Part shown: piece by piece, positions 49,137 through 59,033 of the stretch
Layout of the letters: each line of letters starts with the position of its first letter
Numbering within the stretch: position 1 is the stretch's first letter
Assembly (NCBI GenBank): GCA_934272785.1
Contig: CAKQSE010000004.1
Location: 10,634 to 74,633 of the forward strand
Reading direction: 5' to 3'
Source: an uncultured Alphaproteobacteria bacterium
GTDB taxonomy: Bacteria; Pseudomonadota; Alphaproteobacteria; Rs-D84
DNA: 64,000 nt
The notes under the pieces: generated by a model
Databases searched by the model: none
What the model was told of the DNA's origin: nothing
The model's input: only the letters and a program-made list of their open reading frames with translations
Position numbers and translations under genes: made by a program

Positions 49137-49898
49137 TTATTGTTTTTCCATAACTTTTGACAATTTCGCACGCAACTTTTTCATATCGTCGTATTTGGTG
49201 AACTTGCCCTTTTCAGCGATAGAAATGTCACCGCTTTCTTCGGACACGACCAAGACTGTTGCACTGGACACCTCGGACAGGCCCAACGCCGCACGATGAC
49301 GCGTGCCATATTTCCAATTCAGGTTATTTTGCGACAACGGCAAAATTCCACCCGCGTATGCAATACGTTCATTTTCAATTATAACCGCACCGTCATGCAA
49401 TGGTGTTTTATTAAAGAATATCGTCAGCAATAATTCACTGGTGATAATCGCATCAATGCGAACGCCTTTTTTCTCGATGGCACTCTCGTCCAATGTTGTT
49501 GGGAATACAATCAATGCACCGGTATGTTTGGCCGACATATATTCAACCGCGCTGCAAATCGCGTCCAGGCTGCGTGTATCCTTGGTTGTGACGCCCCCCT
49601 TGCGGAACATTCGGGACCAGCCCTCTATATTCCCCATCAGTGCCATAAACTTGCGCAATTCTGGTTGGAATATAACAATCAACCCCAGTGACAAGAACAA
49701 CGCCGTCCAATGCAAAAATCCGCCCAGCAAATCTAAATGCGCCCACGTTAAAACGAAACTGGTGAACCACAACGCCGCCAGCCCCAGCAACCCGCGCACC
49801 AACCGTTCAGATGATGTGTTTTGAATAAAACTTCTGTAAAACAGCCATACAAAGACCGCAATTATCAGAATTTGAATCAGCCCCAGCCAATTAAACAT
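49137..49898 (-). CDS. cdaA: membrane-anchored diadenylate cyclase CdaA (DisA_N/DAC domain)
   Basis: Three N-terminal TM helices, then DAC motifs GALIVF, TPLHDGAVII and GTRHRAALGLSE. Confidence 0.88.
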   Translation of the reverse strand: MFNWLGLIQILIIAVFVWLFYRSFIQNTSSERLVRGLLGLAALWFTSFVLTWAHLDLLGGFLHWTALFLSLGLIVIFQPELRKFMALMGNIEGWSRMFRKGGVTTKDTRSLDAICSAVEYMSAKHTGALIVFPTTLDESAIEKKGVRIDAIITSELLLTIFFNKTPLHDGAVIIENERIAYAGGILPLSQNNLNWKYGTRHRAALGLSEVSSATVLVVSEESGDISIAEKGKFTKYDDMKKLRAKLSKVMEKQ

Positions 49899-49908
49899 TT
49901 TTATCTCC

Positions 49909-52035
49909 TTATGATTTTGTGTTATTTTCTTCTTTGTTTTGTTCTTCTGTAACCTGTTGCGTTGATGTTATAACAGTTTTTTCCAAATCTGCAACTGGTA
50001 TATTCAACCAATCGGGATCATCACGCATTGGTGGCGCACCACGCGACATCGCCGTTTCACACGGATGTTCATCCGCCAGCCAGTTTTCCAACAAATCCCC
50101 AGCCAGCAGCCCGACGCCCGCACCCGCAACCAGGCCAATTCCACCGGTAAATGGTGCCAACAACAGACCCAACCCTGTTGCCGACGCAACCTTGCCAGCG
50201 ACAGCCGCGCCACTGATTTTTATATCGGGTTCCGCCAGGTTTCCGGTTATTTCAATCGAATTCACAACATTTCCGGTCAGCGACAATTTAATGCCACGCA
50301 CCGGCACCGTCGTCAATGCCATTTTTAACTTTTCCTTGCCCAAATCCAGACTGCCCGCCAGGCGCAGATTTATTGCATTTGTTTCAACCGCGACACCCTG
50401 TTGCGTTTCAGCAACGCCATCACGGAATTTTGTATTCAACGCGACGCACGATATCTTCATTTGATTGTATTTCTTTTCAGACCGGAACATATCCTGGACA
50501 CTGTGACGCAACGTGGTCAAGAAATCCGTCCCATACATATATGCGACCAACGCCGAATGCGCATATCCCGCGCCCGACGATTTCACCTGGACCGGACCGG
50601 TCGCGGTCGCCATCAATTCAGACAGCGTTGTCCCATTTCCCTGTAAATACGCATCAATATTCGTTGGCAAATCCGACAACAGGTCCGTTTCGCGCACCTG
50701 GGTCAATATTTTACCCACACTGATATCACGCCCACGCGCCGCGGCGATTACGAAATAGCGACCCTCGCCATCAATGTTGGCGTCCGCGCCAATTGTGATT
50801 TTGCCGCCACCCATCGAAACATCGCCATCAACACGCGCAACCCCATCGGCCAATTTTGCACGCACATCAATATCACTGATGGCCAGGTCACGATACACAA
50901 CCAATTTGCCGATTTTGACATTCAGATTTATGTTAAAATTACGCAATTCTTTCCCAAACAGTGGCGTATCTTTGAACACGTTCAAATCACGTTTCGGACG
51001 CACCCATGTGCCCTGATACCATTCTGGAAATACCTGGGTCAGATTGATGGACTTTGATTCAACATTGGCATTTATCGCAATACGGGGACGGCCCCAATCC
51101 ACACTGCCCGACAGGCGCACTTCGTTCCCACGGACCGAAAACGACGATTTGCGCAATGTCAATTTTGTGCGATCCAGACCGCCGGCAATATTCACGCGCA
51201 TTGTCGGAATCTGGGTTAAATCCAATTGCAGCAACCGCCCCACCGCCGACACATCAGGAATATCGCCCTTGATAACAAAATCAATCGGGGCGCGGCTGGT
51301 TCCTTCCAGTGCGATATCCGCAATCAGTGCGTCCCCGCCCGTTGAAAACGCCACACGCACCGGATACACACGCCGTTCAGCATTGTATTCATAATATGAC
51401 AATATAAATGGGAATACATCATCGCCATTTTTTATCCACCCGGTGTATTCACGCGTATCATCGCGCGGAACATAGCGTAATGAAAAATCCGCCAGTGAAT
51501 ATTTTTTATCAAACACATGCGCGGTCAGATTTCGCACCTCTACCCCGCCCAGGCCCGGATCTTCGAACGGGAATTTCTTTGGTCCAGTGTCGGAATCATC
51601 TTTGGATTCTTCTTCTGTTTTCTTTTGATTCATTACAACCGAATATTCGCCCGCGGCATTTTTTTCCAGACAAACATCTGCATCATAAATTTTAACATTT
51701 TGAATCGTCGGCATTGGTCGGAACAGTGACAACAAATCCAACGTAACGTCTATCTTTTCGGCACTGAACGCATATTTGTGCTTTGCCCATTCGGCATTTG
51801 GCACGCGCACCTGGTTTAGTTCAATACGCGGACGCAGTGAAAATTTCCACGACACATCGCCTGCAATTTCAACCGGCATACCGGTGGCATTGCGCAATAT
51901 AGACAAAACATTTCCGCGCAATGTTTCCAAATTCACCTGGCTGAGTGCGATAAAGAACGCAACCAACAACCCGCCAAAGAACAGGACGATAACGCGCGCA
52001 ATCATTAAAAATTTTCTTTTTCTTCTGGTTTTCAC
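49909..52035 (-). CDS. AsmA-family outer-membrane biogenesis protein
   Basis: 708 aa. An N-terminal TM anchor (VIVLFFGGLLVAFFIAL) is followed by a long beta-rich periplasmic region with repetitive ...L.G.V....P.I character. The assignment rests on architecture only. Confidence 0.5.
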   Translation of the reverse strand: MKTRRKRKFLMIARVIVLFFGGLLVAFFIALSQVNLETLRGNVLSILRNATGMPVEIAGDVSWKFSLRPRIELNQVRVPNAEWAKHKYAFSAEKIDVTLDLLSLFRPMPTIQNVKIYDADVCLEKNAAGEYSVVMNQKKTEEESKDDSDTGPKKFPFEDPGLGGVEVRNLTAHVFDKKYSLADFSLRYVPRDDTREYTGWIKNGDDVFPFILSYYEYNAERRVYPVRVAFSTGGDALIADIALEGTSRAPIDFVIKGDIPDVSAVGRLLQLDLTQIPTMRVNIAGGLDRTKLTLRKSSFSVRGNEVRLSGSVDWGRPRIAINANVESKSINLTQVFPEWYQGTWVRPKRDLNVFKDTPLFGKELRNFNINLNVKIGKLVVYRDLAISDIDVRAKLADGVARVDGDVSMGGGKITIGADANIDGEGRYFVIAAARGRDISVGKILTQVRETDLLSDLPTNIDAYLQGNGTTLSELMATATGPVQVKSSGAGYAHSALVAYMYGTDFLTTLRHSVQDMFRSEKKYNQMKISCVALNTKFRDGVAETQQGVAVETNAINLRLAGSLDLGKEKLKMALTTVPVRGIKLSLTGNVVNSIEITGNLAEPDIKISGAAVAGKVASATGLGLLLAPFTGGIGLVAGAGVGLLAGDLLENWLADEHPCETAMSRGAPPMRDDPDWLNIPVADLEKTVITSTQQVTEEQNKEENNTKS

Positions 52036-52052
52036 CCCTGTTTCCCCCAGGA

Positions 52053-53021
52053 TTATGGTAACTGGAATTCAAAAAATTCCATAACCTGTGTCATAAATGC
52101 CGGCGGCGTTGCACGAAATGTCATTATGCGCCCCGTTGTCGGATGCTGGAACGTCAATTGATATGCAAACAAAAACAAATTATTTGTCGCCATCACACCA
52201 CCCAGTGCATCTGGCGCACCGCGCCCGGCACCATACAACGCATCACCAACAATCGGCGCATTTAGCACCAGTGCACTGTGCACACGCAATTGATGTGTGC
52301 GGCCGGTTTTCGGCGAAAACATAACCCACGACAGATGTTCGCCCGCCGTTGCCAGAACCTGGTATTCCGTGATTGCGCGTTGGGGCCGCTGGCCCGTGCC
52401 ATTGTTCACACGGACTGGGGTGTCAAAAACCTGGCCCCGCGTCATATAATCGTCAATCGTTCCGCGTGGCGGTTTTACATCGCCGTTTAATAAAGCCAAA
52501 TATTCCTTGTGCGCGGTTTTTGCCTGGAACGCGGTTGCCAAATTTTGCGCCGCATGCAGATTTTTTGCCACCACCAACAGGCCCGATGTTTCCCGATCCA
52601 AACGATGAACCAACGAAATCTTGTCATACGGGAACAATGCCGCCGCCATTTTATCCACAGATTTGCGGATTCCGCTGCCCCCCTGGACCGCCAGGCCGGC
52701 CGGCTTGTTAAAAACAACAATATCATCATCGCTGTGAATTATGCACTTGCGCAATTCTTCCAGGTCGCTAAGTGTGAAATTATCGCCACTTTCTGTTTTC
52801 TTGGTCCGCACAGCATATCCGGCAATTGTTGGTGGCACACGCACCGCATCACCGGCACGTAAAAATTCCTGGCCATGGACACGGCGTGAATTCACACGAA
52901 TCTGTCCCCCACGGCACAGCCGATAAAACTCGCGCTGGGGCATAGATGGGAAATTGCGCAAGAACCAGCGCAATAAACGCACGCCATCTTCGGTCTGGGG
53001 AACTGTGATTACATCTGCCAT
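52053..53021 (-). CDS. RluA-superfamily 23S rRNA pseudouridine synthase (RluC/RluD-like)
   Basis: N-terminal S4-like segment, catalytic motif HRLDRETSGLLVVAK, and KEYLALL...HQLRVH. Confidence 0.85.
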   Translation of the reverse strand: MADVITVPQTEDGVRLLRWFLRNFPSMPQREFYRLCRGGQIRVNSRRVHGQEFLRAGDAVRVPPTIAGYAVRTKKTESGDNFTLSDLEELRKCIIHSDDDIVVFNKPAGLAVQGGSGIRKSVDKMAAALFPYDKISLVHRLDRETSGLLVVAKNLHAAQNLATAFQAKTAHKEYLALLNGDVKPPRGTIDDYMTRGQVFDTPVRVNNGTGQRPQRAITEYQVLATAGEHLSWVMFSPKTGRTHQLRVHSALVLNAPIVGDALYGAGRGAPDALGGVMATNNLFLFAYQLTFQHPTTGRIMTFRATPPAFMTQVMEFFEFQLP

Positions 53022-53034
53022 TTACAAACGCCCA

Positions 53035-53505
53035 TTATTCACCGTATGTTATCTGGACGCTGTTTGTCGCGCCGGCACGATTACAATCGCCGACCGCACC
53101 GCCCTGTTTGCCATTAGACGCGGCATATCCAACCGAATCGGACCATGCCTTGGTCACAAAGTATTCGCAATCTGATTGCGACAGACCATCAATCGAAACC
53201 ACAAACTGGCGCGAATTGGCCGGATCAACCGCCAATGTGTATGTCCCGCCATATGGGTTTTTATTCGTCATACCAATTGCACCAAATATCGTTGAATTGT
53301 TGATGTGTGAATAGTCATCAAATTCGCCCAGCAGCGTGCGAACCTGGGTCACCATTTGGACCACTTCGTCATTGACGGCATTGCGTTTCTGGGTCCGCAT
53401 TGCGGTTGAAATCATACCAATCGCGCCAACGGTAATAACGCCCATAATTGCCAACACGCCCAACATTTCAATCATTGAACGACCAGATTCTTGTCTCATA
53501 TTCAT
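53035..53505 (-). CDS. type IV pilin/pseudopilin-like protein
   Basis: N-terminus MNMRQESG|RSMIEMLGVLAIMGVITVGAIGM has a prepilin-peptidase-type site, with Glu at +5 and a hydrophobic helix. The Arg at +1 is unusual. Two Cys lie near the C-terminus. Confidence 0.6.
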   Translation of the reverse strand: MNMRQESGRSMIEMLGVLAIMGVITVGAIGMISTAMRTQKRNAVNDEVVQMVTQVRTLLGEFDDYSHINNSTIFGAIGMTNKNPYGGTYTLAVDPANSRQFVVSIDGLSQSDCEYFVTKAWSDSVGYAASNGKQGGAVGDCNRAGATNSVQITYGE

Positions 53506-53549
53506 ATCCCCTATTTGCTATTTGTTTTTTTTATTTTATCATAATTGGC

Positions 53550-54971
53550 ATGAATATTCAATTTTCTGATTTGATTGAAAACAGTCCCAATGCCCCCGGC
53601 GTCTATAAAATGTATGACGCCGATGGTGCGTTGCTATACGTTGGCAAGGCCAAGAATTTGGCCAATCGCCTGCGCCAATACGTGGACGTGTCAAAATTGG
53701 AATTGCACAAACAGGTCATGCGCAGCCTGGTTACGCGCGTTGATTGGGAAATCGTTCCGACCGAATCGGATGCACTGATACGGGAACAGGAATTGATTAA
53801 AACCCTGCGTCCCAAATACAACATTATGCTGACCGATGGGAAAATGTACCCGATGTTGGCATTGACCAATTCGGAATATCCGCGTCTGTTGAAATTCCGC
53901 GGCAAGATATCCCAGCGTCGTGACGTATACGGTCCATATCCATCGGTCGGCGCACTGAACGAAACGATAAAAACAATTCAAAAAGTGTGCCAGATTCGCA
54001 CATGCACCGATACGTTTATGCGCAATCGCGCGCGACCATGTTTGTTACACCAAATTGGTCGGTGCAGTGCGCCATGCGTTTTACCACAATCAGACTATAA
54101 CGCACGCGTCAGCCTGGCGCGCCGAATCCTGACTGGGGACAGTGAACCAATCATCGCCGATTTAACGCAACAGATGCAAAAATTTGCCGCCGAAATGGAT
54201 TTTGAATCCGCCGCCGCGGTGCGCGATAAAATTGCCGAATTGACCCACACATCAAATCGCGGTATACAGCGCAAACGTGCACATAGCGCAGATTTTGACT
54301 GGGCAAATGCAACCGATGATTTGGAAAAATTTTTGGGGCTGAAAATATCCATGGCGGGAGTATTTGATAACTCGCATTTATTCGGACGAAATGCGGTCGG
54401 TGCAATGATTACATTTGGTCACGATGGATTTATAAAAACAGGATACCGACACTTTAAATTACGCAATGCCGCGGCCGCCGGAAATGATATTGCAATGATG
54501 GCCGAATTTGTGTCGCGCGCGACACAAAAAAACAATCTGGATTTAATAATTGTTGACGGTGGCATGGCCCAGTGGCGAATCGCACACAGCGTTGCACCAA
54601 ATATTCCTGTCCTGGGTGTCACCAAGGGCGAGGTTCGCAACGGTGACGAACACTTTATTATGCCCGACGGCACCGTAAATCGTGACGTGCCCAAGGATTC
54701 AAAACTGTTTCTGTTGCTGCGCGCCGTCCGGGACGAGGCACATCGTTTTGTCATAACATATCACCGCACCGTGCGCGCCAAGACGATGACATCGTCTGTT
54801 TTGGACGACATCGAGGATATTGGTCCCAAACGCAAGCACGCCCTGTTGACGCATTTTGGGTCGGTTCGGGCGATATCAGATGCCGATATGCCCGCATTGT
54901 TACGCGTGCCAGGACTGGGGCAAAGCGCGGCTGAAAAAATTTATGCATATTTCCATTCTGGGGTGGTATAA
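53550..54971 (+). CDS. uvrC: excinuclease ABC subunit C (short form, 473 aa)
   Basis: ORF trimmed to ATG 53550. Contains GIY-YIG (GVYKMYDADGALLYVGKAKNL), a UVR motif (DFESAAAVRDKIAEL), the endonuclease region (LIIVDGGMAQ) and a C-terminal HhH pair. Confidence 0.88.
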   Translation: MNIQFSDLIENSPNAPGVYKMYDADGALLYVGKAKNLANRLRQYVDVSKLELHKQVMRSLVTRVDWEIVPTESDALIREQELIKTLRPKYNIMLTDGKMYPMLALTNSEYPRLLKFRGKISQRRDVYGPYPSVGALNETIKTIQKVCQIRTCTDTFMRNRARPCLLHQIGRCSAPCVLPQSDYNARVSLARRILTGDSEPIIADLTQQMQKFAAEMDFESAAAVRDKIAELTHTSNRGIQRKRAHSADFDWANATDDLEKFLGLKISMAGVFDNSHLFGRNAVGAMITFGHDGFIKTGYRHFKLRNAAAAGNDIAMMAEFVSRATQKNNLDLIIVDGGMAQWRIAHSVAPNIPVLGVTKGEVRNGDEHFIMPDGTVNRDVPKDSKLFLLLRAVRDEAHRFVITYHRTVRAKTMTSSVLDDIEDIGPKRKHALLTHFGSVRAISDADMPALLRVPGLGQSAAEKIYAYFHSGVV

Positions 54972-55010
54972 TATGGGTATTCATGATTTATAAGAAAAAA
55001 GGAGTAAAAC

Positions 55011-55610
55011 ATGAAATTCTTTGTGAACTTTTTATCTGCATTCCGCATTGCAGCGGCATTTGCGATAATCCCGACAATCATGTTCGGTATGTACAAGACG
55101 ACATTTATCCTGTATGTACTGGCGGCGGCATCCGATTGGTTTGACGGATACCTGGCCCGAAAATATGATGTGTGCAGCAAATTGGGCGGTGTGATGGATC
55201 ACATTGGCGACAAATTATTGGTTTGCAACACACTGATTATGTTGGCGGTAATGATGCCGGTTTGGTTCGTGGTTGTTCCAATCATATTGATGATTGCCCG
55301 CGAATTGTATATCAGTGGCCTGCGCGAATTCCTGGGCACCCAGAAAATTGAAATGCCTGTTCCCAAGGCGCGCTTTTCCATGGGCAAAGTAAAGACAACA
55401 TTTCAAATGATTACGATCGCGGCGTTCTTGGGCGTATTTGCAATTGGCACATTGATTACACCACAAACGACCAGCCGTTTTGTTATGTATATGATTTATG
55501 CCCTGCCCCAGATTGGCATTTGGGGTCTGTGGATTTCACTGGGCGCATCCTTGTTCAGTGCCACACAATACACACGCACATTTGCAGAAAAATTAAAGAA
55601 AATTAAATAA
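55011..55610 (+). CDS. pgsA: CDP-alcohol phosphatidyltransferase (phosphatidylglycerophosphate synthase-like)
   Basis: DWFDGYLARKYDVCSKLGGVMDHIGDKLL matches DG(x2)AR(x8)G(x3)D(x3)D. Polytopic. Confidence 0.85.
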   Translation: MKFFVNFLSAFRIAAAFAIIPTIMFGMYKTTFILYVLAAASDWFDGYLARKYDVCSKLGGVMDHIGDKLLVCNTLIMLAVMMPVWFVVVPIILMIARELYISGLREFLGTQKIEMPVPKARFSMGKVKTTFQMITIAAFLGVFAIGTLITPQTTSRFVMYMIYALPQIGIWGLWISLGASLFSATQYTRTFAEKLKKIK

Positions 55611-55611
55611 T

Positions 55612-55644
55612 AAAAATACCGGCAAAACTGCCGGTATTTTTTTT
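55612..55644 (+). terminator. Rho-independent terminator after pgsA
   Basis: TACCGGCA-AAAC-TGCCGGTA followed by TTTTTTTT. Confidence 0.75.
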
Positions 55645-55650
55645 GCCGTA

Positions 55651-55695
55651 AAAAAATGCGCTATGTGCACGGTTTCCTGCACATAGCGCGTTTTT
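55651..55695 (-). terminator. Rho-independent terminator after dnaJ
   Basis: 12-bp stem GCGCTATGTGCA / TGCACATAGCGC (55658-55689), flanked by A- and T-runs. Confidence 0.75.
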
Positions 55696-56821
55696 AGAAC
55701 CATCCTTTTTTAGCTGGTTTTGTTTCTGCAAATTCGGTCAAAATCTTCTTTTGTTTTTCGGTCAATTTTGTTGGAACATGAACGCCAACTGAAATATACA
55801 AATCACCAAAACCGCCACTGCGTCCTGTGGGCATACCGTGACCACGAACGCGCAATTTTTCACCGACCTGGGTGCCAGACGGAACCTTGACCGATAACTT
55901 TTTATCGTCAATGGTTTCAACCTCTATCTCGCCCCCCAGTGCCAATGTTGTGAACGGTATATCAATGTGCGAAATCAAATCCGCACCATTGCGTTCAAAA
56001 CGTGCATCGGGTGCGATATGAATATCCAAATAGAAATCACCAGGTGTGCCACCATTGGGTGCGGCCTCGCCCTGGCCGGCCAGACGCAGACGCGTGCCAT
56101 CATCAACACCGGCTGGGATTTTTACATCCAGTGTTCTGGACTTGTGCACCGTGCCCGTGCCATCGCACGCGGTGCATTTTTTATCAATCTTGCGCCCCAG
56201 GCCGCCACAATCCGGACACGGCGTTTCCATGGCGAAAAATCCCTGGCGCGTGTGAACATATCCCGAACCGCCACATGTTTTGCACACCGGTGCCGGCTTG
56301 CCATCGGCGGTGCCATTGCCACCACATTTTTCGCATGTCACATTACTGGAAAACTTTACAGTATGTGTTGTGCCAAAATATGCATCACGCAGTGATATTG
56401 TCACATCGTCCAGCAAATCGCGTCCGCGGTTTTGTTGCGCGGCGCGCCCACCACCAAAATCACCAAATCCAAAACCACGCATAGCCTCGCGCAAGATATC
56501 GTCCATACCGGCACCGCCACCCATATCAAAGTGGAACGCACCGTTACCAAACGGATTCGCGCCGCCAAAACCCGCACCCGCCGACGCGCCATTGCCACCG
56601 GCAAACGCCGCATCACCGAATCGGTCATATGCCGCACGTTTTTGCGGATCTTTCAGAATATCAAACGCGTTGTTTATTTCCTTGAATTTCTCTTCGGCAG
56701 ATTTATCGCCCGGATTTTTATCCGGATGATATTGCATAACCAATTTATGGTATGCCTTTTTAATATCAGCGTCCGACGCATCGCGCGCGACGCCCAAAAC
56801 TTCGTATGGATTTTTATTCAT
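55694..56821 (-). CDS. dnaJ: molecular chaperone DnaJ
   Basis: ORF trimmed to ATG 56821. J domain (YEVLGV...YHPDKNPGD), a G/F region and four CxxCxGxG zinc motifs. Confidence 0.95.
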   Translation of the reverse strand: MNKNPYEVLGVARDASDADIKKAYHKLVMQYHPDKNPGDKSAEEKFKEINNAFDILKDPQKRAAYDRFGDAAFAGGNGASAGAGFGGANPFGNGAFHFDMGGGAGMDDILREAMRGFGFGDFGGGRAAQQNRGRDLLDDVTISLRDAYFGTTHTVKFSSNVTCEKCGGNGTADGKPAPVCKTCGGSGYVHTRQGFFAMETPCPDCGGLGRKIDKKCTACDGTGTVHKSRTLDVKIPAGVDDGTRLRLAGQGEAAPNGGTPGDFYLDIHIAPDARFERNGADLISHIDIPFTTLALGGEIEVETIDDKKLSVKVPSGTQVGEKLRVRGHGMPTGRSGGFGDLYISVGVHVPTKLTEKQKKILTEFAETKPAKKGWF

Positions 56822-56938
56822 AATATCAGGCCTATCTATTTTCGTTGTTGAATATATAAGTCCCCAATCAGAAAAATTCAAGCCCCGAAAACTGTTTCAC
56901 TTGCGAAAAATGAAATTTTGCGCTAATAATACGGTGCT

Positions 56939-58918
56939 ATGACAGAAAATAATACACACACATATGACGCATCAGATATCCAGGTATTAGAGGGGCTGGA
57001 ACCCGTTCGCCTGCGCCCTGGGATGTATATCGGGGGCACCGATGAAAAGGCGTGGCATCACCTGCCGATTGAAATTATGGATAACTCTATTGACGAGGCG
57101 GTTGCCGGCTTTGCCAAGAAAATCACTGTAAATCTGATTGACGCCAAGACAATTGAAATCACCGATGATGGTCGTGGTATCCCGGTTGACGAACACCCAA
57201 AATACCCCGGCAAATCCGCACTAGAGGTTATTTTGACAACCCTGCATTCGGGGGGTAAATTTAATAATAACGTTTATAAAACCAGTGGCGGTCTGCATGG
57301 CGTGGGCAGTGCGGTTGTCAACGCATTGTCGCGCGAGATGATTGTGACTATTTCCCGCGATGGATACGAATGGCACCAGACATTTTCACGCGGCAAAACA
57401 ACGTCACCAATTACGCGCGGAAATGCCACAAAAAATCACGGGACCAAAATCCGCTTTACCATCGATGACCAGATATTTGGTGCGAACGCCGTGTTCAAGC
57501 CGATTAAAATCTATCGTATGGCGCGTGCGAAATCGTTCCTGTCACGTGGGGTAAAAATTGATTGGCATTGCAATCCAGAATTATTGACCGAGGATATGAA
57601 TATCCCCGCCGACACAACATTTTATTACCCGGGGGGTGTGGCCGATTTCTTGGACGAAAAGACCCGTGACAAGCCACGCATTTTGCCAAAAATTTTCAGC
57701 GGCAGCGTTGATTTCCCAGATGACACGGGCCGCGTGGAATGGGCACTGACGGTGCTGACCGATGAAAACGGTGCGGCGTCTGATGATGGATTTTTCGCAT
57801 CATACTGTAATACAATCGCAACCATCGACGGTGGCACACACGAAACCGGATTCAAGGCCGCAATTACCAAGGGAATAAAGGCATACGGCGAAAAAGTAAA
57901 TAACAAGGCTGCCGCAACAATCATTGGCGACGACGTATTCGATTCGGTCGCGGCGATTGTATCTGTGTTCTATAAAACACCACAATTTTTGGGCCAGACC
58001 AAGGAAAAATTATCTAATCCAGAGGTTGCCCGTTACACCGAAAACGCCCTGCGCGATCCGTGGGAAATATTCCTGGCGTCCGACCCCAAAACCGCAAATG
58101 CGTTGTTGGATTTTGTCGTGAATTTGGCCAACGCCCGTATCAAGACCAAACAGGTCAAGGATATCGCACGCAAAACCCCGACCAAGCGCGCACGTATGCC
58201 GGCAAAACTGGCCGATTGTTCCAAGCATGGGATAGAAGGCACAGAACTGTTCATCGTCGAGGGGGAATCCGCAGGCGGCACCGCAAAACAGGCACGCGAC
58301 CGCGCGACCCAGGCAATTATGCCCCTGCGTGGCAAGGTGTTAAATGTTATTTCTAATTCCGACGAACGATTCGGCGCAAACAAGGAATTAAACGAACTGA
58401 TTGACATTATCGGTGCCGGCACGGCCAAGGATTGGGACGAATCCAAACTGCGTTATGAAAAAATTATCGTCATGACCGATGCCGACGTCGACGGCAGTCA
58501 TATTGCATCGCTGTTGATGGCATTTTTCTATCAGCATATGCCACAACTGATTTACGGTGGCCACCTGTATTTGTCATGTCCGCCATTGTATAAATTCACA
58601 TGCGGAACCGAATCGTTCTATGTTGACACAGACGAAGAATTGGACGCATTGCAAAACGGCAAATATAAAAATAAAAAAGTGGAAATTTCCCGATTCAAGG
58701 GTCTGGGCGAAATGATGCCGAACCAGTTAAAGGAAACAACCATGTCGCCCAAAACGCGTCGGTTGATTCGCGTCGACCTGCCCCCGCGGACGGACGATGG
58801 CGTGGAAGACACCGAAAAAACGCGCACAATCGTTTCCGAGCTGATGGGTCGCAAGCCGGAATTCCGTTTCAAATTCATTACTGAACACGCACAATTCGTC
58901 AAAGATTTATTTGTCTGA
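56939..58918 (+). CDS. parE: type IIA topoisomerase B subunit, most likely topoisomerase IV ParE
   Basis: 659 aa with RPGMYIGGTDE, EGESAGG, PLRGKVLNV and DADVDGSHI. The short length and the IGGT motif favour ParE over GyrB. Confidence 0.75.
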   Translation: MTENNTHTYDASDIQVLEGLEPVRLRPGMYIGGTDEKAWHHLPIEIMDNSIDEAVAGFAKKITVNLIDAKTIEITDDGRGIPVDEHPKYPGKSALEVILTTLHSGGKFNNNVYKTSGGLHGVGSAVVNALSREMIVTISRDGYEWHQTFSRGKTTSPITRGNATKNHGTKIRFTIDDQIFGANAVFKPIKIYRMARAKSFLSRGVKIDWHCNPELLTEDMNIPADTTFYYPGGVADFLDEKTRDKPRILPKIFSGSVDFPDDTGRVEWALTVLTDENGAASDDGFFASYCNTIATIDGGTHETGFKAAITKGIKAYGEKVNNKAAATIIGDDVFDSVAAIVSVFYKTPQFLGQTKEKLSNPEVARYTENALRDPWEIFLASDPKTANALLDFVVNLANARIKTKQVKDIARKTPTKRARMPAKLADCSKHGIEGTELFIVEGESAGGTAKQARDRATQAIMPLRGKVLNVISNSDERFGANKELNELIDIIGAGTAKDWDESKLRYEKIIVMTDADVDGSHIASLLMAFFYQHMPQLIYGGHLYLSCPPLYKFTCGTESFYVDTDEELDALQNGKYKNKKVEISRFKGLGEMMPNQLKETTMSPKTRRLIRVDLPPRTDDGVEDTEKTRTIVSELMGRKPEFRFKFITEHAQFVKDLFV

Positions 58919-58972
58919 CGCGCCATTGCACCCACTGTGCACGGCGCAACGTGTGCGTGACGAAATAATCAC

Positions 58973-59001
58973 TTGACAATTTGCGCTTTTGTCCCTATAT
59001 A
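58973..59001 (+). promoter_or_regulatory. candidate sigma70 promoter for the 59034 gene
   Basis: TTGACA (58973-58978), 17-nt spacer, TATATA (58996-59001). An AGGGGGA RBS lies before ATG 59034. Confidence 0.45.
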
Positions 59002-59033
59002 AAGACAGGTAAAAATTATCACAGGGGGACATT

